DNA of 64,000 nucleotides from positions 10,125 to 74,124 of the forward strand of contig JAFVEZ010000047.1 in the NCBI GenBank assembly GCA_017475745.1. Reading direction: 5' to 3'. Under the pieces are notes generated by a model. It was not told where the DNA came from and did not search any database. It saw only the letters and a list, made by a program, of their open reading frames with translations. The stretch comes from Selenomonadaceae bacterium. GTDB taxonomy: Bacteria > Bacillota > Negativicutes > Selenomonadales > Selenomonadaceae. How positions within the stretch are numbered: the first letter of the stretch is position 1; every line of letters begins with the position of its first letter. Of the stretch, positions 37,555 to 46,951 are shown piece after piece. The position numbers and the translations under genes are program-made.

Positions 37555-38313
37555 TTATCTTAAAACGTAGACAGTGATAGTTCTACGACCAAAACTCATT
37601 GCCTGTTCGTAACTTTCCATGCAGAGATCAATTTTGTAACCATAGATTGCACCGCCAGTATCAGCTGCAATCGCTTCGCCGTAACCAGGGATATAAAGAC
37701 GACTTCCAAGAGGAATTACACTTGGATCAACTGCTGCGACACCATATGTTGCAGGAATACCCATTGCAGTTATGCCTGCACCATTACCATCAGACGGAAG
37801 ATACGCGGTTGCTTCCATTGACATAACAGAAGCATATTGTCCATCATCACCGGAAAAACCAGAAACAGGATTAACCTCTTCAATTTCGTCAATAAATTCG
37901 GGTTCCTCGACAGCTTCGCCCTCTGCAATACCATTCATATCATCAATATTTCCTACATTTGCAAGGGTATGATTGACTACTTCTGTCAACAACTGCTTTT
38001 GATTGTCGTTTTCTGCTAAAGTTATGGAACCGAACTCTGATATTGTAATGCCTGAAGGAAGATTTTTGCTCTCCTCGGCAATAAGTAATTTCATTTCATC
38101 AGAAGGAATTATCTCGTTAGCCTGCTCTGTCTGTGCGGTCTGAGAAAGTGGAAGCTCACTAGTAGGCTGACTAGTGAAACCTGTATTCAACATTGCAAAA
38201 GCGGCAAGGCCGACAAAGAAAGCATATTTCCTCTGCTTATAAGTAAATTTATTTTTAGTTTGAATACCTTTTATTTTATTTTTTAAGTTTAAAATTCTCT
38301 TCAAATTCATCAT
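37555..38313 (-). CDS. 3D-domain cell-wall protein (YocH/YabE-like, MltA-type fold)
   Basis: The C-terminus 'ATAY.....G....TAMG......GVAAVDPSVIPLGSRLYIPGYG.AIAADTGGAI.G.KIDL' is a 3D domain. The N-terminal membrane anchor or signal is 'YAFFVGLAAFAMLNTG'. The track start at 38373 translates leader RNA. The ATG at 38313 is preferred. Confidence 0.8.
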   Translation of the reverse strand: MMNLKRILNLKNKIKGIQTKNKFTYKQRKYAFFVGLAAFAMLNTGFTSQPTSELPLSQTAQTEQANEIIPSDEMKLLIAEESKNLPSGITISEFGSITLAENDNQKQLLTEVVNHTLANVGNIDDMNGIAEGEAVEEPEFIDEIEEVNPVSGFSGDDGQYASVMSMEATAYLPSDGNGAGITAMGIPATYGVAAVDPSVIPLGSRLYIPGYGEAIAADTGGAIYGYKIDLCMESYEQAMSFGRRTITVYVLR

Positions 38314-38380
38314 TGCGTAAACGGCAGGAGCTAGTAAGTGTGCCGATTTTAAGCTCCGCCTTCCCCCTCTCAAGTATTAA

Positions 38381-38440
38381 GATAATAATCTTTGTTAGTG
38401 TTGCTCAAAGACGTTGTCTAACACCAACAAAGATATTATC
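38381..38440 (-). promoter_or_regulatory. long (about 22 bp stem) hairpin in the 5' leader of the 3D-domain gene
   Basis: GATAATAATCTTTGTTAGTGTTG and CTAACACCAACAAAGATATTATC are near-perfect inverted repeats separated by 14 nt. Confidence 0.5.
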
Positions 38441-38451
38441 TCATACTTTTA

Positions 38452-38490
38452 TGAAATTGTACTGAAAAGAATTTGAAATTGTACTGAAAA
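38452..38490. promoter_or_regulatory. four direct TGAAAW hexamers with exact 11-bp phasing (response-regulator-type site array)
   Basis: The plus strand reads TGAAAT-tgtac-TGAAAA-gaatt-TGAAAT-tgtac-TGAAAA. It lies upstream of the 3D-domain gene. Confidence 0.45.
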
Positions 38491-38577
38491 AGAAAAAATT
38501 TTAATTGAGAAAAAATTACACTACCTAAAATTATAAATGATGCAGTCGTGATGATTATATGAACAAGATTAAAATTG

Positions 38578-40296
38578 TCATGATGAGATGGCATTAATTG
38601 TAATATTGGCCTTCAATGGCAATTTTTCGTCAGGTGTAACGTAGAGAGTGTGTTGATTAAAGAAAATAACAAAGCCAGGCTTAGAGCCAGAAGGCTTCTT
38701 GACGAATTTGCAGGCAGTATAGTCAACAGGTACATTTGAGGAATCTTTATATTGTGAGAAGTAGGCTGCAATCTTTGCTGCCGTTATCAGAGTTTCCTCA
38801 CTTGGTTCAATGCCGCCTGTCTTCAATATTACGTGAGAGCCGGGTATATCCTTAGTGTGAAGCCAAATGTCGTTAGGATCGGCATTTTGACGAATTTTAT
38901 CATTTTGATAGTTATTCTTGCCAACGATAATCTCAGTGCCATCAGCTGCATGGAAGATGTAAGGTTGCGCCTTCTTACTGCCGGCGTTTTTTTTCTTGAC
39001 TTCTTTGAGGTAGCGTCCGGCGATAAGTTCAGCCTTAATCTCGTCTATCTCAGCGAGTGTTGTTGAGGCAGTAAGAGAGTGCTCAACCGTCTCAAGGTAA
39101 GCTATCTCTTCACGACAGAGTTTAATCTGATTATTGATGTACTCAGCAGAGCGCTTGAGTTTGTCATACTTCTTGTAAAAGACCTGGACATTGGCAGCAA
39201 TGGTGATACGTCTGTCAAGCGGAATGGTTATCATCTCTCCGTTCTCGCTATAAATATTGACAACCTCGACCTCATCATCGGCGTGATCTTTAATATTATA
39301 TTGATAAGTCAATAAATTGTCAGCGCGGATTCTCCAATCGTCAGCATTTTCAGCTTCGTTGAGCTCTTTCTCTAGGACGGCGATTTTATTAGTTGCACGA
39401 CGCAGCTCATTTCTAACTAGTTTGCCGAGGACTTCTTTGTCAGGCGGAACGTAAGAACCAATTAGATTATTTGCAGCTTCTAACATCTCAGACAATGAAG
39501 AATAGTTAATTGAGTGTGAAGAATCAAGATGATTTAACGTAAAAGCTGATATTGCCAAAACTTTTTTGTTGCCGTCGAGAATCATACAAGGCATAGGCGA
39601 TTTGCAAGTCTCAACGATATCAACTAAAATCTTACCCAACAAGTTAATATCCTCACCAACTCTGAAGGCAACCTCTTTGGCAGTCGTTGGACCAAAACCT
39701 TGGCAAGTATTCATTATGGCTTTATCGAGTCTTGAGGAATCATCGGATTTTATGCGGTTGACAAGTTCTTCAATGGGCGTCGTAAAAGGATCAAGTTTAT
39801 CTTGAGCGGGTGGCAGTTGATATTCTTGATTCGGAAGGACAGTACGGACGCGGCTGTTATTTGTGCCAATCTTCTTAAGGGCGTCAACTATCACACCACC
39901 ATTAATCAATATCATATTGCTATATTTACCAACTAACTCAACGACAAGAGTCAGAGTCTCAATTTTGCCACTTCCCAAAGTGTCCACATCAATAAATATT
40001 ACTCTATCAACTTCATGCTGATGAATGTTTGCAATTCTACCTGCTTCAAGATTTTTCCTGAGTACCATACAGAAGGTTGGTGGCTCCGGCAAATTCTCCA
40101 AAGGTTTTTTAATTAGCTGCATTGAAGGATTTTGAGGATTGACTGATATTTGCAATAAAAAATTCTCACCAGGCTGCCGTATTTGCAAGCAGATTGAAGT
40201 CTTGCTCTGTTGAGTTATTTTGTCAATGCGCCCGCCGACAAGTGCATTTGCAAGCTCAATGGTCAGCGGACGCATTGAAAATCCGTCCAAATTCAT
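38578..40296 (-). CDS. rqcH: NFACT-family ribosome quality-control protein (RqcH / FbpA-like)
   Basis: The NFACT-N start is 'FDGFSMRPL..EL...L.GGRIDKI'. A coiled-coil middle follows, then the NFACT-R 'IWLHTKDIPGSHVILK'. Confidence 0.85.
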   Translation of the reverse strand: MNLDGFSMRPLTIELANALVGGRIDKITQQSKTSICLQIRQPGENFLLQISVNPQNPSMQLIKKPLENLPEPPTFCMVLRKNLEAGRIANIHQHEVDRVIFIDVDTLGSGKIETLTLVVELVGKYSNMILINGGVIVDALKKIGTNNSRVRTVLPNQEYQLPPAQDKLDPFTTPIEELVNRIKSDDSSRLDKAIMNTCQGFGPTTAKEVAFRVGEDINLLGKILVDIVETCKSPMPCMILDGNKKVLAISAFTLNHLDSSHSINYSSLSEMLEAANNLIGSYVPPDKEVLGKLVRNELRRATNKIAVLEKELNEAENADDWRIRADNLLTYQYNIKDHADDEVEVVNIYSENGEMITIPLDRRITIAANVQVFYKKYDKLKRSAEYINNQIKLCREEIAYLETVEHSLTASTTLAEIDEIKAELIAGRYLKEVKKKNAGSKKAQPYIFHAADGTEIIVGKNNYQNDKIRQNADPNDIWLHTKDIPGSHVILKTGGIEPSEETLITAAKIAAYFSQYKDSSNVPVDYTACKFVKKPSGSKPGFVIFFNQHTLYVTPDEKLPLKANITINAISS

Positions 40297-40454
40297 TACT
40301 AATTCCTTCCTCCTTACAATAGTACGTCAAAACATGATATTGAATACTAACTGTTACACTGCAATTTGTCAAGGAAATTTACAATGAACCTTCTTTAACA
40401 GCAACTAATTTGAAATGCATATCGACTGTATCAATGAATTTTCTGACATCACTA

Positions 40455-40483
40455 TTGATATTTGTCAAAATTAGTGATATGAT
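40455..40483 (+). promoter_or_regulatory. predicted promoter upstream of fliG (extended -10)
   Basis: TTGATA-N17-TATGAT, preceded by TGA. Confidence 0.5.
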
Positions 40484-40498
40484 TAATCATCATTATCA
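40476..40498. promoter_or_regulatory. Fur-box-like operator overlapping the -10 element
   Basis: The sequence is GATATGATTAATCATCATTATCA. It contains a perfect 12-bp palindrome ATGATTAATCAT and a 7-1-7-like TAATCAT-c-ATTATCA. It matches 13 of 19 positions of the classical GATAATGATAATCATTATC box when aligned by eye. Confidence 0.4.
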
Positions 40499-40510
40499 AT
40501 TTAAATTTAT

Positions 40511-40534
40511 AGAAAGCTGGGCTTTCTTTATTTA
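40511..40534 (+). promoter_or_regulatory. terminator-like hairpin in the fliG leader (possible attenuator)
   Basis: AGAAAGC-tgg-GCTTTCT followed by TTATTTA. It lies between the predicted promoter and the RBS. Confidence 0.35.
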
Positions 40535-40564
40535 CAAATCATTGATTGCACAGGAGTGATGAAA

Positions 40565-41614
40565 ATGCCGGCAGCAGCAGCAAGCAGCTCAATGGATATG
40601 TACGGCGATGCCAGTAAAAAATTAACGGCTCATGAAAAGGCAGCTATACTGTTTATCGCAATCGGACCGGAATATTCAGCAAAGTTGTTTCAACATATGG
40701 ACGATGACGAGATTGAAAGTATCACATTAGAAATAGCGAACCATAAACAGGTACCCGTAGAACAGAAAGCAGAGATTATCAGCGAATTTTACCAAATGGC
40801 TATGGCAAGGGATTATATCTCCACCGGTGGTTTGGAATATGCTCAAAAAGTCCTGGAAAATGCACTTGGTTCCGACAAGGCAATGGATATTATCAACCGT
40901 TTGACGACAAGTTTGCAAGTCAGACCTTTCGACTTTCTGCGTAAGACCGACCCTTCACAGCTACTCAACTTCATTCAAAACGAGCACCCGCAGACCATTG
41001 CACTCGTTATGGCTTACCTCGAACCCGATCAAGCAGCAATCGTTATGAGTGGACTTGCCACTGACGTTCAAGCTGACGTGGCAAAGCGTGTTGCAATGAT
41101 GGATAGAACTTCGCCAGATATTATTCGTGAGGTGGAAAGAGTGCTTGAGAGAAAACTGTCTTCAATGATGACCCAAGACTTCACCTCTGCTGGTGGTATT
41201 CCTGCGATTGTCGAAGTCCTCAACCGCGTCGACCGTACAACAGAAAAAACCATTATCGAGACTTTGGAAGTCGACAATCCAGAACTTGCAGAAGAGATCA
41301 AGCGTCTCATGTTCGTCTTCGAGGATATCGTCATGCTGGACGACAGATCGCTCCAGATGGTTCTCCGCGAGGTCGATACAAAGGATTTGTCACTTGCAAT
41401 GAAGGCAACGCCGCCAGAAGTCTCCGAGAAAGTTTACAAGAATATGTCCAAGCGCGCAGCAGATATGTTGCGTGAAGAAATCGAGTATATGGGACCTGTC
41501 AAGATTCGCGACGTTGAAGAGGCACAGCAGAAGGTCGTCAATGTCATTAGAACCCTCGAAGAGAAGGGTGAGATTGTCATTAGCCGCGGTCAAGGTGATG
41601 AGATGATCGTTTAA
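40565..41614 (+). CDS. fliG: flagellar motor switch protein FliG
   Basis: All three FliG domains are present: 'KAAILFIAIGPEYSAKLF', 'EHPQTIALVMAYL' and 'MFVFEDI'. The charged torque-helix region 'SKRAADMLREEIEYMGPVKIRDVEEAQ' is present. AGGAG lies 8 nt before the ATG at 40565. Confidence 0.9.
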   Translation: MPAAAASSSMDMYGDASKKLTAHEKAAILFIAIGPEYSAKLFQHMDDDEIESITLEIANHKQVPVEQKAEIISEFYQMAMARDYISTGGLEYAQKVLENALGSDKAMDIINRLTTSLQVRPFDFLRKTDPSQLLNFIQNEHPQTIALVMAYLEPDQAAIVMSGLATDVQADVAKRVAMMDRTSPDIIREVERVLERKLSSMMTQDFTSAGGIPAIVEVLNRVDRTTEKTIIETLEVDNPELAEEIKRLMFVFEDIVMLDDRSLQMVLREVDTKDLSLAMKATPPEVSEKVYKNMSKRAADMLREEIEYMGPVKIRDVEEAQQKVVNVIRTLEEKGEIVISRGQGDEMIV

Positions 41615-41799
41615 TTCTGCCAAGGTTTATGATGATCGTGCTGATATATACGTTACCTTAATGCATAATTATACTCGTGGTCAATATAAGCAATAGGTGA
41701 TGACGCATGAGCACAGACTGACTTTGCTAAAGCTAAAGAATTGGGTACAACGTTTAAAATTCACTTCAATGTAAATGCATTTAACAAGGTGGTGAAATA

Positions 41800-42606
41800 A
41801 TGTTTAGCAAAATAGTCAGAGTGGCGCAGCTAGAAGAAGAGCCTGTCGTCATTAAGTATTCAAACAACACCAAAAATGTCGACGACACTGAAGAGGAAGA
41901 AAAAAACTCCGGCTTTGATGAGGAAACCTTGAATAATATGCTTGCTGAGATTGCCGCCAAGGAACAGCGCGCCATTCAAAAACTAAAAGATGCTGATACT
42001 CAATCAGAGATAGTTATTCAAGCTGCCAAGAATGAAGGCAAACAAATATTAGATAATGCTAGAGCTGAAGCAGATGAAATGAAGGTTAAGGCTGTTCAGA
42101 GCGGCCACGATGAGGGTTACAAAGACGGGCATAAAGAGGGTATCAAAGCAGCAAAGAAGGAACTGGCAGATTCCATAAAACAGGCAAATGCCAAGGCGGA
42201 GAAGACTCTAAAAGATGCAAAGGCTGCAACGGCGGATTACTTCGTCAAGGCAGAACAAGATATAGCCAATGTGGTTATGCTTGCCATTGAGAAGATACTT
42301 CCACAGCACTTTCTCGACGTGCCACAAGTCGTTCTGCCTGTCGTTCGTGAAGCAATCAAGGTTGTTCGCGATCAGAAGGAAGTCAAAGTTCACGTCTGTC
42401 CTGACAGCTATGATATGGTCTTGATGGCAAGGGCAGAGTTCCAAGGCATGCTCACTGATGGCACTGCTATTTTGGAGGTTATGTCTGATGAGAGCTTGCA
42501 ACCAGGTGATTGCGTCATTGAAACTCCGAATGGTGGCGTTGATGCACGTCTTCTAACTCAAATTGAATTAATGAAAAATTCCATACAAAGTGTCTTGTCT
42601 AAATGA
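41800..42606 (+). CDS. fliH: flagellar assembly protein FliH (FliH/SctL family)
   Basis: The N-terminus is a charged coiled coil. The C-terminus '...VHVCPDSY......PGDCVIETPNGGVDARLLTQIELMK' is typical of FliH. AAGGTGGTG lies before the ATG. Confidence 0.78.
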   Translation: MFSKIVRVAQLEEEPVVIKYSNNTKNVDDTEEEEKNSGFDEETLNNMLAEIAAKEQRAIQKLKDADTQSEIVIQAAKNEGKQILDNARAEADEMKVKAVQSGHDEGYKDGHKEGIKAAKKELADSIKQANAKAEKTLKDAKAATADYFVKAEQDIANVVMLAIEKILPQHFLDVPQVVLPVVREAIKVVRDQKEVKVHVCPDSYDMVLMARAEFQGMLTDGTAILEVMSDESLQPGDCVIETPNGGVDARLLTQIELMKNSIQSVLSK

Positions 42607-43613
42607 TTGTTAAAAGACTGTATCTCCGGGCGGCTATATTGACTATTATCTTGATATTGAGTATGCCAATTACCATTGGTTTCGGTTCTATTGATATTGA
42701 GATAAATATTGTTGTTGAAGAAGTTTCGGCTTTTTTGCAAGGTCACTCAAGTGATTCTCCTAACTCAATGATAATTTTTGATATTCGCGTTCCGCGTATA
42801 CTTTTTGCTGCAATCGCCGGTGCAATTCTCTCACTTACTGGAATGTTAATGCAGACCGTCTCACAAAATTACTTGGCTGATCCCTATATTCTTGGTGTTT
42901 CCTCAGGCGCAGGTATGGGAGCGGTTTTTTGCATTGTTACAGGTATTGCTCAATCCTTTGCGCCTTATGGTGTCTATGTTGGAGCATTTCTCGGCGCGAC
43001 ATTGGCAACTATTGTTGTAGTTCAAATTGCTGGAACGAGCAGCAGTCCAATCAAGCTGGTATTAATAGGTATGGGTATATCAGCACTCTTTTCTGCTTTC
43101 ACGATGCTGGAAATATACGGCTCAAAGAACGAAGCACAAGTCAGAAGTGCAATGTTTTGGTTGATGGGTAGTTTCACCGGTATACAGTGGACTATGGTGC
43201 CGATTGCACTTACCGTCTTGATTGTGTTGATGCTATTCATTTGGTTATTCAGACACGAATTGGACCTAATACTTCTCGGAAGAGAAGAAGCCCAACATCT
43301 TGGTCTATCCACTGAACGCATGCAACAGATGGTTGTTGTTGTCTCTTCGATAGCTATCGCTGTGATTGTCTCAATCGCTGGAATAATAGGATTTATAGGT
43401 CTTGTGATACCTCACATTGCAAGATTTATTGGAGAGTCACGTCATGCCGTTATGCTATGGTTCACGAGTTTGATTGGTGCCTTTGTGATGGTTTGGGCGG
43501 ACGTAATGGCAAGATCTATGTTTAAGCCTGAAGAATTGCCGATTGGAATACTTACTGCCTGTCTCGGTGCTCCAATATTCATGCAAATTATCAATCGACA
43601 GTATAAAAGTTGA
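42603..43613 (+). CDS. iron-complex/cobalamin-type ABC transporter permease (FecCD/BtuC family)
   Basis: 'IRVPRILFAAIAGAILSLTGMLMQ...NYLADPYILGVSSGAG' is present and the protein has about 9-10 TM helices. The ATG overlaps the fliH stop (ATGA). Confidence 0.88.
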   Translation: MIVKRLYLRAAILTIILILSMPITIGFGSIDIEINIVVEEVSAFLQGHSSDSPNSMIIFDIRVPRILFAAIAGAILSLTGMLMQTVSQNYLADPYILGVSSGAGMGAVFCIVTGIAQSFAPYGVYVGAFLGATLATIVVVQIAGTSSSPIKLVLIGMGISALFSAFTMLEIYGSKNEAQVRSAMFWLMGSFTGIQWTMVPIALTVLIVLMLFIWLFRHELDLILLGREEAQHLGLSTERMQQMVVVVSSIAIAVIVSIAGIIGFIGLVIPHIARFIGESRHAVMLWFTSLIGAFVMVWADVMARSMFKPEELPIGILTACLGAPIFMQIINRQYKS

Positions 43614-43700
43614 CTTAAAAGAAAGTGTAAGAGATGATGTTAAATGAATTGCAACTCACTGGCAAAAAGTCAATAAAAAGTATTTGATATTGAAACCGGT

Positions 43701-44459
43701 TTGAATATGACAAACATTATGGAAGTTAAAAATCTGTCGTATGTTATCGGGCAGAAGAAGATTTTAGATGATGTGAATGTTGCGTTCGCTGAAGGCAAGA
43801 TCACTGCAATCATAGGTGCAAATGGCAGCGGTAAGAGTACTTTGATGTCGTTTCTCGGCAAAACGAGAGATTGTTATCAGAACATCTTCTTTCATGGTAG
43901 AGATATAAGCGAAATATCTGCACAGGACTATGCTCTTCAAGTTTCAGTTTTACCTCAACATCAAAAGATGATTGCTGACTTCCACGTTGAAGATGTTATT
44001 GTGATGGGGCGTTTTCCATATAAAAAGAGATTCCGCGACTATACCATTGAAGATTATGCCATTGCCCAGAAGGCAATGAAGCGCGCTGGCATTGCAGAAA
44101 TGGCAAAACGAAAGTTGAGCCAAATGTCCGGCGGAGAGATTCAGCGTGTTCTTATTGCCAAGGCTTTAGCACAGAAGCCGGAATTAATTCTCATGGACGA
44201 GCCGACAAATCACCTTGATGTCAAGTATAAAGTCGCTCTAATGAAAACTTTACAGGAATATGGCAAGACCGTCATCGTCGTTTTACACGATTTATCTCTG
44301 GCCGTTCAGTATTGTGATAATGTTGTAGTTATGGTCAATGGCAGAGTCTTAATTCAAGGCAATACACAAGAAGTAATGCAGACGGATTTACTGGAAGAGA
44401 TATTTGGCGTTCCTTTTGTGAGATTTGAACACAAAGGACGTGTATATATAAATTATTGA
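43701..44459 (+). CDS. iron-complex-type ABC transporter ATP-binding protein (FecE/FhuC-like)
   Basis: Walker A 'GANGSGKST', signature 'MSGGEIQRV', Walker B 'ILMDEP' and H-loop 'VLHDL' are present. Confidence 0.88.
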   Translation: MNMTNIMEVKNLSYVIGQKKILDDVNVAFAEGKITAIIGANGSGKSTLMSFLGKTRDCYQNIFFHGRDISEISAQDYALQVSVLPQHQKMIADFHVEDVIVMGRFPYKKRFRDYTIEDYAIAQKAMKRAGIAEMAKRKLSQMSGGEIQRVLIAKALAQKPELILMDEPTNHLDVKYKVALMKTLQEYGKTVIVVLHDLSLAVQYCDNVVVMVNGRVLIQGNTQEVMQTDLLEEIFGVPFVRFEHKGRVYINY

Positions 44460-44500
44460 AATGTATGAGCAGAGCAAAATATTAATTGGAGGCTTTTAAT

Positions 44501-45505
44501 GTGAAAAAGTTTACAAAATCGTTGAAAAAAGGAATTATCATTGGTATGTCAACAATGGCTCTGTTAGGTTTAGCAGGCTGTGGAGAACAACCTGCCAATA
44601 CTCCCGCAAAGGCACCGACTTCCGTTTCATGGACTGAAATGCTTGACGGTCAAGAAGTCACAAATAAAGTTGATAAAGTGCCTGAAAGAGCAATCTCAAT
44701 GTCACAAGCGACAACGGAGATGATGTTGGCACTCGGCCTAGAGGATAAGATGGTCGGCACGGCAATGAAGGAAGAAGATATTTATCCGCCACTTCAAGAG
44801 TCTTATGACAAAGTTAAGGTACTCTCTGAGAAATGGCCGTCTTATGAAACTTTCATGGCGGAGAAACCGGACTTTGCAACCGGTTGGGAAGTACCCTTCA
44901 CCAAGCGCGGTATCCCTGCTGAGAGAATCACATCACAAAATATTCCGATCTTCATTCCGTCATCAATGCAGAAACTTGATGCTGATCTTGACACCGTCTT
45001 TGAAGATATGTTGAAATATGGCGAGATTTTCGGTGTCCAGGAAGATGCTAAAGTTTGGGTCGACGCTCAAAAAGAAATGTTAAAATCCACACAGGAAAAA
45101 ATCAAGAACTTGCCGAAAAAGAAAGTGTTCATTTATGATTCAAGTGACGGTCAACCCTTTACTGCCTTCAAAGGCTATACGACGAACATATTGAAACTCA
45201 TTGGCGCCGATAATGTCATGGAAAATGCAGGAGTTGACAAGACTTGGGCAGCGACAAGCTGGGAAAGCATAGTTGCGGCTGATCCAGAATACATTATCAT
45301 TGCCGACTACAGCAACGGTGTCCGCAATGATGAGGACTTCCAGCAAAAAGTTGCCGCTATTAGGGAGAATCCACAGCTTCAAAATGTCACTGCCGTGCGC
45401 GAGAACCACTTTGTAAAAGTTAAACTCTCAGAGATCACGCCAGGCGTCCGTACTGTTGAATCATTGAAGCGTCTTGCTGAGGAAATCCACGGTATCAAAG
45501 ATTAA
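44501..45505 (+). CDS. ABC transporter substrate-binding lipoprotein (class III periplasmic binding protein, FecB/BtuF-like)
   Basis: The lipobox is 'LLGLAGC|GE'. 'ERAISMSQATTEMMLALGLEDKMVG' and 'DPEYIIIAD' are typical of Peripla_BP_2. GGAGG lies 8 nt before the GTG at 44501. Confidence 0.8.
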   Translation: MKKFTKSLKKGIIIGMSTMALLGLAGCGEQPANTPAKAPTSVSWTEMLDGQEVTNKVDKVPERAISMSQATTEMMLALGLEDKMVGTAMKEEDIYPPLQESYDKVKVLSEKWPSYETFMAEKPDFATGWEVPFTKRGIPAERITSQNIPIFIPSSMQKLDADLDTVFEDMLKYGEIFGVQEDAKVWVDAQKEMLKSTQEKIKNLPKKKVFIYDSSDGQPFTAFKGYTTNILKLIGADNVMENAGVDKTWAATSWESIVAADPEYIIIADYSNGVRNDEDFQQKVAAIRENPQLQNVTAVRENHFVKVKLSEITPGVRTVESLKRLAEEIHGIKD

Positions 45506-45547
45506 TATACACCTGACTTACAAAAAAATATTGAGGAGGGATTTTCT

Positions 45548-46096
45548 ATGGATAGATTTGTACTGCCTTATAAAGGAATGGAACCGCAAATTGCCAATGG
45601 AGTATTCATAGCACCTACGGCCTCTGTAGTTGGAGACGTAGTTATTGGTACAGGCTCAAGCATTTGGTTTGGTGCTACCGTTCGTGGTGACTTCCAACCG
45701 GTTAGGATTGGCGCTTTTACCAACATACAGGATAACACCACAATACACGTCATGGGTGATGTGCCAACTGAAATTGGTAATTACGTGACAGTAGGGCACA
45801 ACTGTATTGTTCACTGTCGTACGATTGGCAATAACTGTCTGATTGGTATGGGTTCAATCATTCTCGGTTATTCTGAAATTGGTGACAACTGCATAATCGG
45901 TGCTGGTACACTTCTTACGCAACACAAGAAAATCCCTCACAACTGCCTTGTTTATGGCAATCCTGCCAAGATTATCCGTGCCATTCGTGATGATGAGATA
46001 GAGGCTCTTCGTGAATCTGCTATGCACTATTTTAAATGTGCCAGAAACTACGATGCCGAATTTAGAAATTTATATGATAGAAGCGAGGAATTGTAA
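45548..46096 (+). CDS. gamma-carbonic-anhydrase-like hexapeptide-repeat protein (YrdA/PaaY family)
   Basis: 'FIAPTASVVGDVVIG.GSSIWFGATVRGD...I.IG..TNIQDN..IH' shows left-handed beta-helix repeats. Confidence 0.8.
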   Translation: MDRFVLPYKGMEPQIANGVFIAPTASVVGDVVIGTGSSIWFGATVRGDFQPVRIGAFTNIQDNTTIHVMGDVPTEIGNYVTVGHNCIVHCRTIGNNCLIGMGSIILGYSEIGDNCIIGAGTLLTQHKKIPHNCLVYGNPAKIIRAIRDDEIEALRESAMHYFKCARNYDAEFRNLYDRSEEL

Positions 46097-46516
46097 ATGG
46101 AAAGAACTTTAGTATTAATTAAACCAGACGCGATTGCAAATAAGCATATCGGTGACATCATCAAGCACTACGAAAAAGAAGGCTTTCAAGTTGCCGCTAT
46201 GAAATTAATGAAGATGACAAAAGAGATTGCTGCAAAACATTACGCTGAACATATTGGCAAGCCTTTTTACAATGATCTCGTTGAGTTTATGACGGCTGAT
46301 CCGCTCGTCGCTATGGTGCTTACTGGCGAAAATGTTATTGCAAGAGTCAGAGAAGTCAATGGTGCAACCAATCCCGAAAAAGCAGCAGATGGCACGATTA
46401 GAAAACTCTATGCGGATAGTGTCACAAAGAATGCCGTTCACGCTTCCGACAGTTCTGAAAATGCTAAAAGAGAGATTGCCATCTTCTTCAGTGAGATTGA
46501 GATTGTAGGTGAGTAA
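46097..46516 (+). CDS. ndk: nucleoside diphosphate kinase
   Basis: 'ERTLVLIKPDA' and 'NAVHASDS' (catalytic His) are present. Confidence 0.93.
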   Translation: MERTLVLIKPDAIANKHIGDIIKHYEKEGFQVAAMKLMKMTKEIAAKHYAEHIGKPFYNDLVEFMTADPLVAMVLTGENVIARVREVNGATNPEKAADGTIRKLYADSVTKNAVHASDSSENAKREIAIFFSEIEIVGE

Positions 46517-46931
46517 AGTGACCAAATTGGAGGTAGCGGCAGGACTCCACGCAAAAGGCTATAACTGTGCTCAATCGGTTGCCTGTGTGTTTGCCGATGA
46601 TGTCAATATTCCTAAAGATATTCTCTTCAAAGCAACAGAGGGCTTCGGTGCTGGAGTAGGCACAATGGAAGGCATTTGCGGAGCACTTTCCGGTGCGGTT
46701 ATGATTGCTGGTCTCAAAAACAGTACTGCTAATCTTGAACAACCAGATTCAAAGGCTTCCACCATGAAAATCTCAAAACAGCTTATAACTAACTTCAAGG
46801 AGCGTGTTGGCTCAATAACCTGCCGTGAAATTAAAGGCAATAATCCAGAACATAAAGTTCTTTGCTCTTGTGATGATTGCATTAAGAACGGTGTTAAACT
46901 CGTTGAAGAATTTGTGATGCATTGTGATTGA
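46509..46931 (+). CDS. C_GCAxxG_C_C family protein
   Basis: 'GYNCAQSVA' and 'GICGALSGAVM' are present, with 'C...C..C' near the C-terminus. Confidence 0.75.
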   Translation: MSKVTKLEVAAGLHAKGYNCAQSVACVFADDVNIPKDILFKATEGFGAGVGTMEGICGALSGAVMIAGLKNSTANLEQPDSKASTMKISKQLITNFKERVGSITCREIKGNNPEHKVLCSCDDCIKNGVKLVEEFVMHCD

Positions 46932-46951
46932 GATATTGGAATCAATATAAT

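Noticed and set aside
38314-38373. The 5' extension of the 3D-domain ORF ('MRGGRRSLKSAHLLAPAVYA').
   Set aside because: It starts at a TTG with no RBS and translates a purine-rich, stem-forming leader. The downstream ATG gives a normal membrane-anchor N-terminus.
38314-38450. Calling the 3D-domain gene leader a c-di-AMP (ydaO) riboswitch.
   Set aside because: The context is suggestive. However, I could not find the conserved ydaO core (ACGGGGA / GGGGUGAAUC / CCGACAGCUAACCUCGUAAGCG) by eye. It is kept only as a hypothesis to test with cmsearch.
40297-40564. A cobalamin riboswitch or sigma-28-type flagellar promoter upstream of fliG and the ABC importer.
   Set aside because: I saw no B12-box-like sequence and no TAAA-N15-GCCGATAA-like element. 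The only convincing promoter is sigma-A-like.
41615-41799. Small ORFs (10 and 24 codons) in the fliG-fliH spacer.
   Set aside because: They have no adequately spaced RBS and no recognisable peptide features. They cannot be supported from the sequence alone.
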